NCBI GenBank assembly: GCA_043812975.1 | Contig: JBDRLP010000027.1 | Coordinates: 1 to 64,000, forward strand | Reading direction: 5' to 3' | From: Candidatus Iainarchaeum sp. | GTDB taxonomy: Archaea > Iainarchaeota > Iainarchaeia > Iainarchaeales > Iainarchaeaceae | DNA length: 64,000 bases | In this document: positions 55,568 to 64,000 of the stretch, piece after piece | Layout: each line of letters opens with the position of its first letter | How positions within the stretch are numbered: the first letter of the stretch is position 1 | The notes under the pieces: generated by a model | The model's input: the letters and a program-made list of their open reading frames with translations, nothing else | Databases searched by the model: none | Told to the model about the DNA's origin: nothing | Translations under genes and position numbers: made by a program

Positions 55568-56607
55568 TTTGAATTCCTCATAATCAACAATAAGTCTTTT
55601 CCAAGTTTTTTCTTTTTCACAATTCGTATTTTTAAAGTCTTTTTGAGTTTAAACGCCTTTAAACCCTGTTTAATTTCTCTGTCAGCAATAATAAAAACCA
55701 ATCTATCAAACATTTTTTTTTCTAATAATTCTGAAGCAAGTCTGTTTCCTGGTTCAATCAAAACTGTTTTGATTCCAAAAGAATAAAGCTTTCCAAAAAC
55801 ATCATCCAAATCAACCCCCTTCTTTGAATCTTTTACAGTAACAACCTTTGCACCTTTCTCAAGTAACTTTTTGACTTTATTTTTCGGAGCTTTTTTTGTA
55901 CAGAAAATAATTATAGTTCCTTTTTCAGAAAACAATTTAGAATTCAAAGGGATTCTTGCTTTCGAATCAAGCACAATCCGTACAGGATTTCTTCCCTTTC
56001 TCACACTCAATTTTGGGTTATCTTTCAAAACAGTATTGATTCCAACAAGTATTGCATTATTTTGTGTCCGCAGTTTCTGAACAAATTCTAATGCTTGTTT
56101 TCCCGAAATTTTCTTTTTTTCCCTGTTTCCGAACGAAATAAATCCGTCATTGCTCATAGCAATTTTGATTGTTATTGTTGGGGTTTTAGTCTCACAATAA
56201 TTTGTTATGTAGAAGTCATATAGTTTTTTAGCTTCTTTTTCATTTGTAATCTTTACAATAATTCCGTGTTTTCTTAATTCTTTAACTCCGTTTCCTGATT
56301 CTTTGTTTGGGTCTCGCCAAGCAATAAAAACACGCTTAATTCCGGCTTCGATAATAGCTTTTGTACAGGGGGATTGCTTTCCATAATGATTACAAGGTTC
56401 AAGTGTCACAAAAAGGTCTGCTCCTTTGGCCTTTATGCCTGCTTTTTCAAGTGAGGTAGTCTCAGCATGTTTACCCCCAAATTGCTCATGAAACCCTTTT
56501 CCAACTACTTTTCCTTCCTTAACAACAATCGCTCCAACCATTGGATTTGGCCATGCATCTTTTCCTTTTTTGGCTAGTTTAATAGCTTCTGGCATGAAAT
56601 TTTTCAT
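55564..56607 (-). CDS. ribD: Bifunctional riboflavin deaminase/reductase (bacterial type)
   Basis: PNPMVGA, HAE and TLEPC.H.G...PC deaminase motifs plus AILVG.NTV..DNP.L reductase motif. Confidence 0.92.
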   Translation of the reverse strand: MKNFMPEAIKLAKKGKDAWPNPMVGAIVVKEGKVVGKGFHEQFGGKHAETTSLEKAGIKAKGADLFVTLEPCNHYGKQSPCTKAIIEAGIKRVFIAWRDPNKESGNGVKELRKHGIIVKITNEKEAKKLYDFYITNYCETKTPTITIKIAMSNDGFISFGNREKKKISGKQALEFVQKLRTQNNAILVGINTVLKDNPKLSVRKGRNPVRIVLDSKARIPLNSKLFSEKGTIIIFCTKKAPKNKVKKLLEKGAKVVTVKDSKKGVDLDDVFGKLYSFGIKTVLIEPGNRLASELLEKKMFDRLVFIIADREIKQGLKAFKLKKTLKIRIVKKKKLGKDLLLIMRNSK

Positions 56608-57434
56608 TAAAATCCTCCGGCTAATAAAAGACCCAGTTCAGGAAAAGCAAATGCCAATAAAACCCCTAAAAAAATAAAAACACCAAATCTAGGAAGATTC
56701 CTGTAAACAAAAATTTCTTTAATTCCTTTTTTTTCAAGTTCTTTTTTTTCTTTTTCCCCATAAACTCCTTTGAAGCCTTTCCCAAATTTTTCCCTTTCTT
56801 TTTCACTCATAAAATCAAATGCAATTATTTCATCTTCCTCAATGTCTTTCAATTTTATTTTTTTGAGAAAAAATTCTTTTCTGATTCCTTTTTCAAATGC
56901 AATAAAAAGAAGTCCAAAACTAAGAGGCAGTCCGAACATAAGCAAATAATTTATTGAAACAAAACCTGTTTTTGAAAGAACAAACAAATAAACAATCAAA
57001 ATTACTAGGAAACCAAGTGCTCTCATTATCCCTTGTTTGTTATACTGAAAGTTAATGCCTTTTCTGAAATATTTTATCATGTAATAAGTTGAAAGAAAAA
57101 TTATTGAAGTTAAAGCAGATAAAAGAACCGCTTGAATAATGAAAACGCTATTGTTGAAGAAAGGCAAAGCCAAAGCAATTCCTGTGTAAAGCTTTACATC
57201 GCCACCGCCGATTTTTCCTGTGTAATAGAGCGCATAACCAATTCCGAAAACTAATAATCCTAAACCTATCCCTAAAAATTCTTGTTCAATAAGGTTCATG
57301 AACAAGCCAAAAACAATTAGCGGGATTGTTATCCAGTCATAAATGTAACCGGTTTTAAAATCAACATAACCCCCGACTCCCGCGGCAAGAAGTATCGCTA
57401 GTTGTCTTAGTAAAATAAGTTCCATGTTTATCAA
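56607..57434 (-). CDS. Prepilin peptidase, A24 family
   Basis: YVDFKTG.I.D and GGGDVKL aspartate motifs; multiple TM helices. Confidence 0.88.
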   Translation of the reverse strand: MINMELILLRQLAILLAAGVGGYVDFKTGYIYDWITIPLIVFGLFMNLIEQEFLGIGLGLLVFGIGYALYYTGKIGGGDVKLYTGIALALPFFNNSVFIIQAVLLSALTSIIFLSTYYMIKYFRKGINFQYNKQGIMRALGFLVILIVYLFVLSKTGFVSINYLLMFGLPLSFGLLFIAFEKGIRKEFFLKKIKLKDIEEDEIIAFDFMSEKEREKFGKGFKGVYGEKEKKELEKKGIKEIFVYRNLPRFGVFIFLGVLLAFAFPELGLLLAGGF

Positions 57435-58777
57435 CGAATTTTGAATTTTTTCTTTTTAGCAAACATTCCCTGTAACTTTTTCATGTTCATTCCTTTTCCG
57501 TCTTCAAACTTTTTAGCATCAACATTGCTGAATTGCTTGAAAACTTTTTTCATTTTCTTAAAACTTTTTATAAGCTCTCTTACTTCTTCCTGGTTAACTC
57601 CTGAGCCTTTTGCAATCCTCGCAATCCTGCTTTTGTTCATTATATCAGGATTTGTTTTTTCTGGTTTAGTCATCGAATCAATTATAACTCCAAATTTATC
57701 CAGTTTTTGTTCTCCTACTTCTGCCATTTCTTTTGGCAGTTGCTGGCTCATCCCCATCATGTCAAGGACTTTTCCCATTGGCCCCATTTTTCTTGCGGCT
57801 TTCATCTGCTGATAAAAAGTTTCTAAAGTAAATTCTCCTTTCAGGAGTTCTTCAGGATCTAATTGTTCTTCTTCCTGAACTTCTTTTGCTTTCTCAAGCA
57901 ATGATTGAAGGTCACCATAACCCATTATTCTGCTTAAATAACGTGTTGCATCAAACTCCTGCAGGTCATCAGGTTTTTCTCCGGTTCCAATAAAATAAAC
58001 ATTTGAATTTGTTAAATGACAAGCAGCTAATGCACCTCCTCCTTTTGCTGATCCATCCATTTTCGTTATTATAACTCCATTAACGCCGACACTTTTGTGG
58101 AATGCTTCAGCCTGTTTCTTAGCTACTTGTCCGACATCTGAGCCAATCACAAGCCATTTTTCTTTTGCTTTGAAAACATTTTCAATTGCCTTTATTTCTT
58201 TTGTGAGTTCTTCATCCAGAGCACTTCTTCCTGCAGAATCACAAATAACCAAATCATAATCTTTGAATTCTTTTAACCCTTGTTCAATTATTCTCGTTGC
58301 ACTCTTTTCTTTTTTATTCCCGTAAAAACCCGCTTTCACTTTTTCTGCAATAGTTTTTAGTTGTTCAAATGCAGCAGGCCTGAAAACATCTGCGGCAATA
58401 ACCCCTACTTTTAATCCTCTTTTGATGTACCATTTTGCAAGCTTTCCTGTTGTTGTGGTTTTTCCGCTTCCGAACAATCCAACAAGCAAAATCTTTTCTG
58501 GTTTTTCCGGGGGTTTAACATGCCCTCCAAGAATCTCTGCAAGATTATCGTGTGTGGCTTTAATCACATGCTCTCTTCTGTTAATTCCTTTTGGCAAGTC
58601 CTGGAATGCTTCTTCTTCTATTTTTTTGCTTAATTTTAGAACTAGGTTTATTTCCATGTCAGAACTAATGAGTGCTCTTTGCAGTTCCTTGATTACTTCT
58701 TTAACCGCGGCTTTGTCAATTTCGGAACTGTTTCTCAGTTTTTCCATTGCTTTTCTCAGGTTTTCTCCAAGTCCCAT
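57431..58777 (-). CDS. srp54: Signal recognition particle protein SRP54
   Basis: GLFGSGKTTT, DSAGR, TKMDGSAKGGGAL and a Met-rich M domain with SRI.RIA.GSG. Confidence 0.95.
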   Translation of the reverse strand: MGLGENLRKAMEKLRNSSEIDKAAVKEVIKELQRALISSDMEINLVLKLSKKIEEEAFQDLPKGINRREHVIKATHDNLAEILGGHVKPPEKPEKILLVGLFGSGKTTTTGKLAKWYIKRGLKVGVIAADVFRPAAFEQLKTIAEKVKAGFYGNKKEKSATRIIEQGLKEFKDYDLVICDSAGRSALDEELTKEIKAIENVFKAKEKWLVIGSDVGQVAKKQAEAFHKSVGVNGVIITKMDGSAKGGGALAACHLTNSNVYFIGTGEKPDDLQEFDATRYLSRIMGYGDLQSLLEKAKEVQEEEQLDPEELLKGEFTLETFYQQMKAARKMGPMGKVLDMMGMSQQLPKEMAEVGEQKLDKFGVIIDSMTKPEKTNPDIMNKSRIARIAKGSGVNQEEVRELIKSFKKMKKVFKQFSNVDAKKFEDGKGMNMKKLQGMFAKKKKFKIR

Positions 58778-58825
58778 AGTTATCACTAAAATATAGTAGA
58801 TTGTATAATAAAAAAAGAATTAAAT

Positions 58826-58848
58826 AGAGGGGAAAAACCCTCTTTTTG
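58826..58848. terminator. Hairpin with T-tract between the small ORF and srp54
   Basis: AGAGGG...CCCTCT stem followed by TTTT on the plus strand. Confidence 0.35.
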
Positions 58849-58851
58849 TTA

Positions 58852-59070
58852 TTAAGCCTTTGCTACTTCTTGGATTACTTTCTTTGCTTCAGTTCCTTCT
58901 TGTACTTCTTTCTTTTTGGTTCTGAAATTAGCATATGGCCTGTATTTTGTTTTAGTCCATGCTTCAGGCTGTTTTTTTCTCATTTTGAATTCTTGTGCTA
59001 AAAGTTCCATTCTGAACTCTTCGTTAGACTCCATTCCTAATAGGTCGTTTAAAGATGTCATGTGAATCAT
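58852..59070 (-). CDS. Small hypothetical protein
   Basis: 72-aa ORF overlapping the TRAM gene stop; GGAGG RBS. Confidence 0.55.
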   Translation of the reverse strand: MIHMTSLNDLLGMESNEEFRMELLAQEFKMRKKQPEAWTKTKYRPYANFRTKKKEVQEGTEAKKVIQEVAKA

Positions 59071-59474
59071 TCCTCCTTTTTTTCTTCGTTTTCATCAGAA
59101 TCTTCTTCAGAATCATCCTCAGTCTCTTCCTCGGTTTCCTCTTCAGTTTCTTCTGCTTCTTTATCTGCTGTGTCTTCGGTCTCTGTTGCTTCTTCATCTG
59201 TGCTTGGGTCTTCGTCTGAATCTTCCTGAGTTTCTGCCTCACCATCAGCAGCTTCCTCAGAATCTCCAATAACTTCCCCAAAGCTTACTTTGCCTCTTAC
59301 AGCATTAATCTTTACTTTTACTTTATCTCCTTTCTGCACGTTAGGCACTATAATCACATAGTTGTTAACTCTAGCGATTCCGTCGCCTTTTTCTCCAATT
59401 CCTTCAATTTCGACATCATAAATGTCTCCTTCTTTTACCGGAATTGCACCAAATCTTCCTCTTTTTCCGTCCAT
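59067..59474 (-). CDS. TRAM-domain RNA chaperone with long acidic tail
   Basis: PVKEG..Y.V.IE.IG.KGDGIARV..Y.I.VP...GD.VKVKI motif plus an Asp/Glu-rich C-terminus. Confidence 0.92.
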   Translation of the reverse strand: MDGKRGRFGAIPVKEGDIYDVEIEGIGEKGDGIARVNNYVIIVPNVQKGDKVKVKINAVRGKVSFGEVIGDSEEAADGEAETQEDSDEDPSTDEEATETEDTADKEAEETEEETEEETEDDSEEDSDENEEKKEE

Positions 59475-59646
59475 TTAATTTCCCCCTTTACTTATTTTTC
59501 AAACAACGTGCGGATGCCAATCAAAACCTGTCTAATGAATTATTACTCATAGAATAAGGTTATTTGTTGAAATCCAATCCTATATTAATAGGTGCTTTTA
59601 AACTATTTAAATGAATCCCTTTTTGCCAGAATCAGCTTATATTGAT

Positions 59647-59934
59647 TTATTTTAGCACTTCTAGGGTTCCTTGTCTGCCTGTACCTAACTGCACTTGGCC
59701 TCGGAATTCAGAGCAGTAACCATTAGAAATCTTGATTTTATCGCCCTCTTCGACCTGATCTGTCTGTTCATTCCATAGGCTAAGGCTTACTTCTCCGGTT
59801 TCATCCTTTCCTGCACAGTTACATACTGTTCCGGATCCTTTTTCATTAGCCCATTTCCTGATTTCGCCTTTTGAGGTTATTTCAAGTTCGATTTCATCAA
59901 CTGGCGCTCTTGCTTTTAGTTCTGAAACTTTCAT
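59647..59934 (-). CDS. Single OB-fold ssDNA-binding protein (SSB)
   Basis: MKVSELK...DETGEV.L.LWN...EGD.I.I.NGY..EF.G..QL..GR.G pattern. Confidence 0.88.
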   Translation of the reverse strand: MKVSELKARAPVDEIELEITSKGEIRKWANEKGSGTVCNCAGKDETGEVSLSLWNEQTDQVEEGDKIKISNGYCSEFRGQVQLGTGRQGTLEVLK

Positions 59935-59977
59935 AGTAAACTCACTTAGAATATGAAAACTATAAATGCTTTTAAAA

Positions 59978-60030
59978 CAACCGTTGCGTCGGTTGGGTGC
60001 GCGGATGTCCAACCCATCTGCGATGGGTTA
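59978..60030. repeat. GC-rich ~55-bp hairpin element, copy B
   Basis: CAACCG-TTGCGT-CGGTTG hairpin plus AACCCATC-TGC-GATGGGTT; homologous to 49378-49428. Confidence 0.75.
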
Positions 60031-60037
60031 TAATGCC

Positions 60038-60086
60038 AAATTAGAAATCAAATAATTCTATCAATAATAAATTCAGGTTTGAATTC
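60038..60086. repeat. Exact 49-bp duplicate of the ftsY 3' end (other copy at 60815-60863)
   Basis: AAATTAGAAATCAAATAATTCTATCAATAATAAATTCAGGTTTGAATTC is present twice. Confidence 0.92.
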
Positions 60087-60777
60087 AAGCCCTTCTGCGG
60101 ATTCTTGAAAGTCTTTTTCGAGAAATTTCAAACCCCCACGAGTTTTTTGCTAGTGTTCTGAGAATATTTGGGGGCCTGCCTAAAAGCGAGTTATGGGTTT
60201 TAGCGGGGAGGTATCTTGCGGCAATTCTGTTTCGGGTTCCATGAGGCAGTAATCTTAAAGCACCCCTACTGATGTGTATTTTTGGCGGGTCTAATCTCCG
60301 TGCTGAATAATGTTCTCCTGAAAAGTGTATGAATGCATCTATTAGTGCAGCATCAAAGTTTTTTCCTGTTGCTTTTAGAAAATCTCTTGGACCTTTCCCT
60401 TTTACCCCGTGCATTTCTGATATAATAAATGGCAGGCCAATCCTGATTTCAATCGAGCCAACAATATTGTTGGCCTTGTCTACTATTTGCAGTGTTGGTA
60501 CATTGAAGTGTTCTTTGTCATTCACTATCATAAAATTACTGTATTGGATTCTGTATCCGTTTCCAAGGTCTTTCTTGAATCTTGTCATTGCACTGCAAAA
60601 CGAAAATAAGTCAGCTCTGTCTTTTTCGCTTAAAGATTTCAAATCATGAGATATACTAGATATCGATATATGCGGTTCTATTTTTGTTGAAAGAATTTTT
60701 TCAGTAGTAAGAACCCCAAGTAATTCTCTTAATTGGTCGTCTAATTCTCTTTCAAGATTTTTTTGGTTCTGTCCCAT
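60085..60777 (-). CDS. Orphan protein enclosed by the ftsY 3' duplication
   Basis: 230-aa ORF with an Arg-rich C-terminus, its own TTTAAATT box and a stop codon straddling the repeat junction. Confidence 0.7.
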   Translation of the reverse strand: MGQNQKNLERELDDQLRELLGVLTTEKILSTKIEPHISISSISHDLKSLSEKDRADLFSFCSAMTRFKKDLGNGYRIQYSNFMIVNDKEHFNVPTLQIVDKANNIVGSIEIRIGLPFIISEMHGVKGKGPRDFLKATGKNFDAALIDAFIHFSGEHYSARRLDPPKIHISRGALRLLPHGTRNRIAARYLPAKTHNSLLGRPPNILRTLAKNSWGFEISRKRLSRIRRRA

Positions 60778-60824
60778 AATTTTATAATGTTCCTTGAGAA
60801 TTTAAATTTTGTTAAAATTAGAAA

Positions 60825-62117
60825 TCAAATAATTCTATCAATAATAAATTCAGGTTTGAATTCTAATAAATCCTCATACCTTTGCCCTGTTCCCACAAAC
60901 ACAATTGGCTTTTTCAATTTGTATAAAAGCGAAATAGCGGTTCCACCTTTTGTATCAGTATCTATTTTGCTTAGTATAAATCCGTCGATTCCAATTGCAT
61001 TATCAAATTCAGTTGCCTGTTGCAGAAGAGCCTGTCCGGTGTAAGCTTCTCCCACATATAATTTCACATCTGGTTTAATCACGCGTTCAATTTTTTTAAG
61101 TTCTTCAATCAGATTTTTGTTGGTGTCCTGTCTTCCTGCAGAATCGATTAAAACAACATCAATATTTTTTGCTTCTGCTGCTTTCACTGCATCAAATGCA
61201 ACAGCTGCAGGATCGCTTCCGTAATTATGCTTTACAACTTTAACTCCGAGTTTTTTCCCGTGTTCTTCTAACTGATCAATTGCTGCTGCTCTGAAAGTAT
61301 CTCCTGCTGCCAGAATAACGCTTTTCCCATGCTCCATAAAGTACTTAGAAATTTTTGCTATTGAGGTTGTTTTACCTGCTCCGTTTGGACCCAAAAATAA
61401 AATTTTTAATGGTTTTTCTGTTCTTGTAAGCAAATCTATTTTTTCTGTTTGCATTATTTTTTCAAGAGAACTTTTAACTTCTGCTTTAAGAAATTCTCCA
61501 ATATCTTCTTTTGCAGAAATATCTTTTCCAATCAGCCGTTCTTTTAATTCATTTACAATTGCTTCTGCAGTATCCTGTTCAACATCAGATTCCAATAAGC
61601 TTAATTCAAATTCATCAAAAAATTCTCCTGCTTCTTTTTCGGTTATTTTTATTTTCCCGCCTACAAAACCGAATAGTTTTTTCCCTAAACCAACTTTTGC
61701 CTTTAATTCTCTTTTCTCATCTTCACGAATTTCTTTTACTTTTTCTTCAGGGGTCTTCTCTTCACCGCCGATAGAAAATTCTCCTTCTTTTATTTCAGGT
61801 TCTTCAATTTCTTCAGTTTGTGGTTCAGTTTCAAGTTCAATTGGTTCCTCAGTTTCCTGTTCCGGTTTTTCAATTATTTCTTCTTTAGAAACAGTTTCCT
61901 CAACAACAGGAGTTTCTTCAATTTCTTTAGTTTCAATAACTTTTTCCTTAACTTCCTGTTTTATTTTAGGTTCTTTTTTTTGTTCCAGAATTGGTTCTTT
62001 TTTCTCCTGAACTTCAGTAATTTGTTCAGGTTCTGGTTTTTTCGGTTCCTGTTTTTGTAGTTTTTCCATTAATTTATCTGTAAAATTAGAGACCTTTTTC
62101 TTTAGGAAATCAAACAT
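60825..62117 (-). CDS. ftsY: SRP receptor FtsY
   Basis: Acidic N-domain; GPNGAGKTT, DTFRAAA, DSAGR, SKID...KGG and GTGQ.Y.DL motifs. Confidence 0.96.
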   Translation of the reverse strand: MFDFLKKKVSNFTDKLMEKLQKQEPKKPEPEQITEVQEKKEPILEQKKEPKIKQEVKEKVIETKEIEETPVVEETVSKEEIIEKPEQETEEPIELETEPQTEEIEEPEIKEGEFSIGGEEKTPEEKVKEIREDEKRELKAKVGLGKKLFGFVGGKIKITEKEAGEFFDEFELSLLESDVEQDTAEAIVNELKERLIGKDISAKEDIGEFLKAEVKSSLEKIMQTEKIDLLTRTEKPLKILFLGPNGAGKTTSIAKISKYFMEHGKSVILAAGDTFRAAAIDQLEEHGKKLGVKVVKHNYGSDPAAVAFDAVKAAEAKNIDVVLIDSAGRQDTNKNLIEELKKIERVIKPDVKLYVGEAYTGQALLQQATEFDNAIGIDGFILSKIDTDTKGGTAISLLYKLKKPIVFVGTGQRYEDLLEFKPEFIIDRII

Positions 62118-62151
62118 AAGGTTAATAGGTCTGCAAGAGAATTACTCAGAA

Positions 62152-62598
62152 TTAATTCTGAGAGGCGTTTTGCTTTTGCATGTGCTGTCTTCCTGCGGCC
62201 AATACTTGTTCAAGCTGGTTTACTCTAGTGATAGCCTTTTGCTGGTCTTCAGCAATTTTTCCTATTGTTTTGTTCATGTTTTCGATTTTATTATCAATAA
62301 TCTTAATCAATTCTTTTGAATCTTTTGTTTTGAAAATATTTCCTGAAAGTGAACTTATTGCTTTTGAAGTTTCATCTATTGCAGCACTCATGTAAATGCC
62401 TGCCCCGAGATTAATTAGAATTTTTTCGCCTTTTTTGGCTTTTCCGATTTCAGTTAAAGCATCTTTAGCCGCTAGTAATTCTGTTTTGAATTCTTGAAAC
62501 CTTTTTACCTGATCATTTATTTGCGCAAGCTTTTGTTTTTCCTGATTTGCCATTTGGATTAACTGGTTTCCGGTTAATTTTACTTTTTTTCCATCCAT
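62152..62598 (-). CDS. pfdA: Prefoldin subunit alpha
   Basis: Coiled coil-beta hairpin (ILINLGAGIY)-coiled coil; conserved position between rpl18a and ftsY. Confidence 0.88.
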   Translation of the reverse strand: MDGKKVKLTGNQLIQMANQEKQKLAQINDQVKRFQEFKTELLAAKDALTEIGKAKKGEKILINLGAGIYMSAAIDETSKAISSLSGNIFKTKDSKELIKIIDNKIENMNKTIGKIAEDQQKAITRVNQLEQVLAAGRQHMQKQNASQN

Positions 62599-62604
62599 TT
62601 TTAA

Positions 62605-62793
62605 TCACTCTTTTTTCTCACTTATTTCATTAATTGTAATATGGTGTCTATTAAGCTTGTGTTTTGAGCCTATTAGGGAGAATGCTTTTTCTTTTGCAAA
62701 GCTTTCATTTACTGCGTTTATTTCTTTTGAAAACTTTTTTTCTTCCTGTTTTTCCTTAAAAATTCCGTTTACAACAAATGTTTTTTCAGTCAT
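62605..62793 (-). CDS. rpl18a: 50S ribosomal protein eL20 (L18Ae/LX)
   Basis: F.V.G.F...F.KEI.A..E..A.EK..S.IGSKH...R..I.I pattern and synteny. Confidence 0.88.
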   Translation of the reverse strand: MTEKTFVVNGIFKEKQEEKKFSKEINAVNESFAKEKAFSLIGSKHKLNRHHITINEISEKKE

Positions 62794-62794
62794 C

Positions 62795-63457
62795 TCATTC
62801 CCCTCTCAATCCTTCATCAATTTTTGATAATTCTATTCCTGATGTAAGCTCTCCAACAATAACTCCTTTTGAGTTGGCCAATACACTGTTTCCGACAAAC
62901 AAGTCTCCGTAATTAGCGGTTGTTGCTGCCCCTTTGACTCCAAAAATTTTTTCAAGTTCTTTGAAATCTTTTTCGTTAATATTTGGGTGGGCAATAAACC
63001 CTTTATTTGTTACTGTTACACAAGCCCCTATAACATCGCTGTCCGCAATGTTCATAACTCTGAATTTAACCCCGAAAAAGCCTTCTAATTCATTTACTGC
63101 TTTTTCAGTGAGTAATGTGCTTGCAATTCCGCCATTGTTATTCAATGCCAACAGATTTCCTGTGGCAGTGTAACCGCCAACTTGTAATATTTCAAACCCT
63201 TCTTTTTCAAGAGTTTTAATCTCATTTTTTTCAACGATGCTTGAAACAGCTAATTTATTATCAATGCCTGTTGCAAGAACTCCTAATAGTGAAGTTCCTC
63301 CAAGGTTTGCCTTGACTGATTTTACCTCTAATTTTGTTTCTATTTTTTTGAGTTCTTTCGGTAAAACAGAATTTGGAACTAAAACAAATTCATCAGTTGC
63401 TATTCCAAAGACTCCCACATAAGGGCTGCTTCTCAGATTGCCCCGTTCAAAATTCAA
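62795..63457 (-). CDS. eif6: Translation initiation factor aIF6
   Basis: YVGVF, GNL...N..G, VTNKG..HP, T.N.G and ANSKG motifs. Confidence 0.93.
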   Translation of the reverse strand: MNFERGNLRSSPYVGVFGIATDEFVLVPNSVLPKELKKIETKLEVKSVKANLGGTSLLGVLATGIDNKLAVSSIVEKNEIKTLEKEGFEILQVGGYTATGNLLALNNNGGIASTLLTEKAVNELEGFFGVKFRVMNIADSDVIGACVTVTNKGFIAHPNINEKDFKELEKIFGVKGAATTANYGDLFVGNSVLANSKGVIVGELTSGIELSKIDEGLRGE

Positions 63458-63466
63458 ATCAAAAAC

Positions 63467-63907
63467 CTACTTTCTTTTCATTTCAACGGCCTTGGCCGCT
63501 GTTTCTTTAGCCTTTTTTTCCTCAAGCTTTTCTTTCTTTCCCTGATCCTCTTCTTTAGTTTCTTTCTTTTCTTCCTTTTTGGATTCTTTTTTCTTTTTAT
63601 CTTCATCTTTTTTCTTCTTATTTTTTGCTTTTTCCTCGAGATAAACTTTCAATTGTTTTCCTTCCTGCAAGAAAACAGTAACCTTATCATTCTCTTTAAG
63701 TAAAACAACATTAACTCTTCTTGGAATGTTCTTTGAGTTCTTGTGTAGTTCCTCATTAATCTCATTGCTGATGTTTGTTTCTTTAGCTCTTGTGTGCTTT
63801 TTTACAAACCTAGTTATTACGTTCAAAGCTTTCCGTATTCTTTTTTTAGGCGGAAACATGAATGCGTTTCTTAATCCAATTGTGTATTCTGCTTGTTCGC
63901 CTTTCAT
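63467..63907 (-). CDS. rpl31e: 50S ribosomal protein eL31 with Lys/Glu-rich tail
   Basis: YTI.LR...P..KR..KA...I..FV.KH...I...INE pattern and synteny. Confidence 0.85.
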   Translation of the reverse strand: MKGEQAEYTIGLRNAFMFPPKKRIRKALNVITRFVKKHTRAKETNISNEINEELHKNSKNIPRRVNVVLLKENDKVTVFLQEGKQLKVYLEEKAKNKKKKDEDKKKKESKKEEKKETKEEDQGKKEKLEEKKAKETAAKAVEMKRK

Positions 63908-64000
63908 TATCTTCGCCCACCGTCTTTTTTACCAGTTCTTCTTTTCTTTAAAGTAGTAATTGCTTTTTTACCGCTTTTTATTTTTTTAATATTTTTAACT
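63907..64000 (-). CDS. 3' end of a basic protein, by synteny probably eL39 with an extension (partial)
   Basis: Open frame VKNIKKIKSGKKAITTLKKRRTGKKDGGRR* ends in a TAATG overlap with rpl31e; the eL39 core is not visible. Confidence 0.4.
   Translation of the reverse strand, partial: VKNIKKIKSGKKAITTLKKRRTGKKDGGRR

Overview
This is a 64-kb stretch of an AT-rich (roughly one-third GC, by eye) archaeal chromosome. It most likely comes from a DPANN lineage such as Iainarchaeota/Diapherotrites. That placement is an inference from archaeal information genes (TFE, aTrm56, Pus10, RadA, SRP54/FtsY, aIF6, eL31, class I LysRS), archaeal lipid genes (GGPP and GGGP synthases) and bacterial-type genes (long RelA/SpoT homologue, bifunctional RibD, IscS/IscU, GlnA). 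The window holds a Tad/type IV pilus locus (1-9.3 kb), XerA, four tRNA genes (iMet, two Lys, and Phe with a D-loop intron), a free-standing LAGLIDADG endonuclease, a RadA intein, a MacB-type ABC operon, a redox/Fe-S cluster and an SRP/ribosomal cluster. Most notable observations: (1) a class I LysRS fused to a C-terminal B3/4 editing-type domain and sandwiched between both tRNA-Lys isoacceptors; (2) an unannotated ~130-175 nt RNA that folds as a perfect four-way junction; (3) three duplicated 3' ends of conserved genes (ftsY, radA, tRNA-Phe), one enclosing a self-promoted orphan gene and two next to a small GC-rich covarying hairpin element; (4) a set of leaderless orphan genes, most with basic N-termini; (5) a homing endonuclease overlapping an intron-bearing tRNA; (6) an apparent strand-composition switch near 18-20 kb that may mark a replication origin with no adjacent cdc6. 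No database searches or folding programs were run; all pairings and alignments were made by eye.
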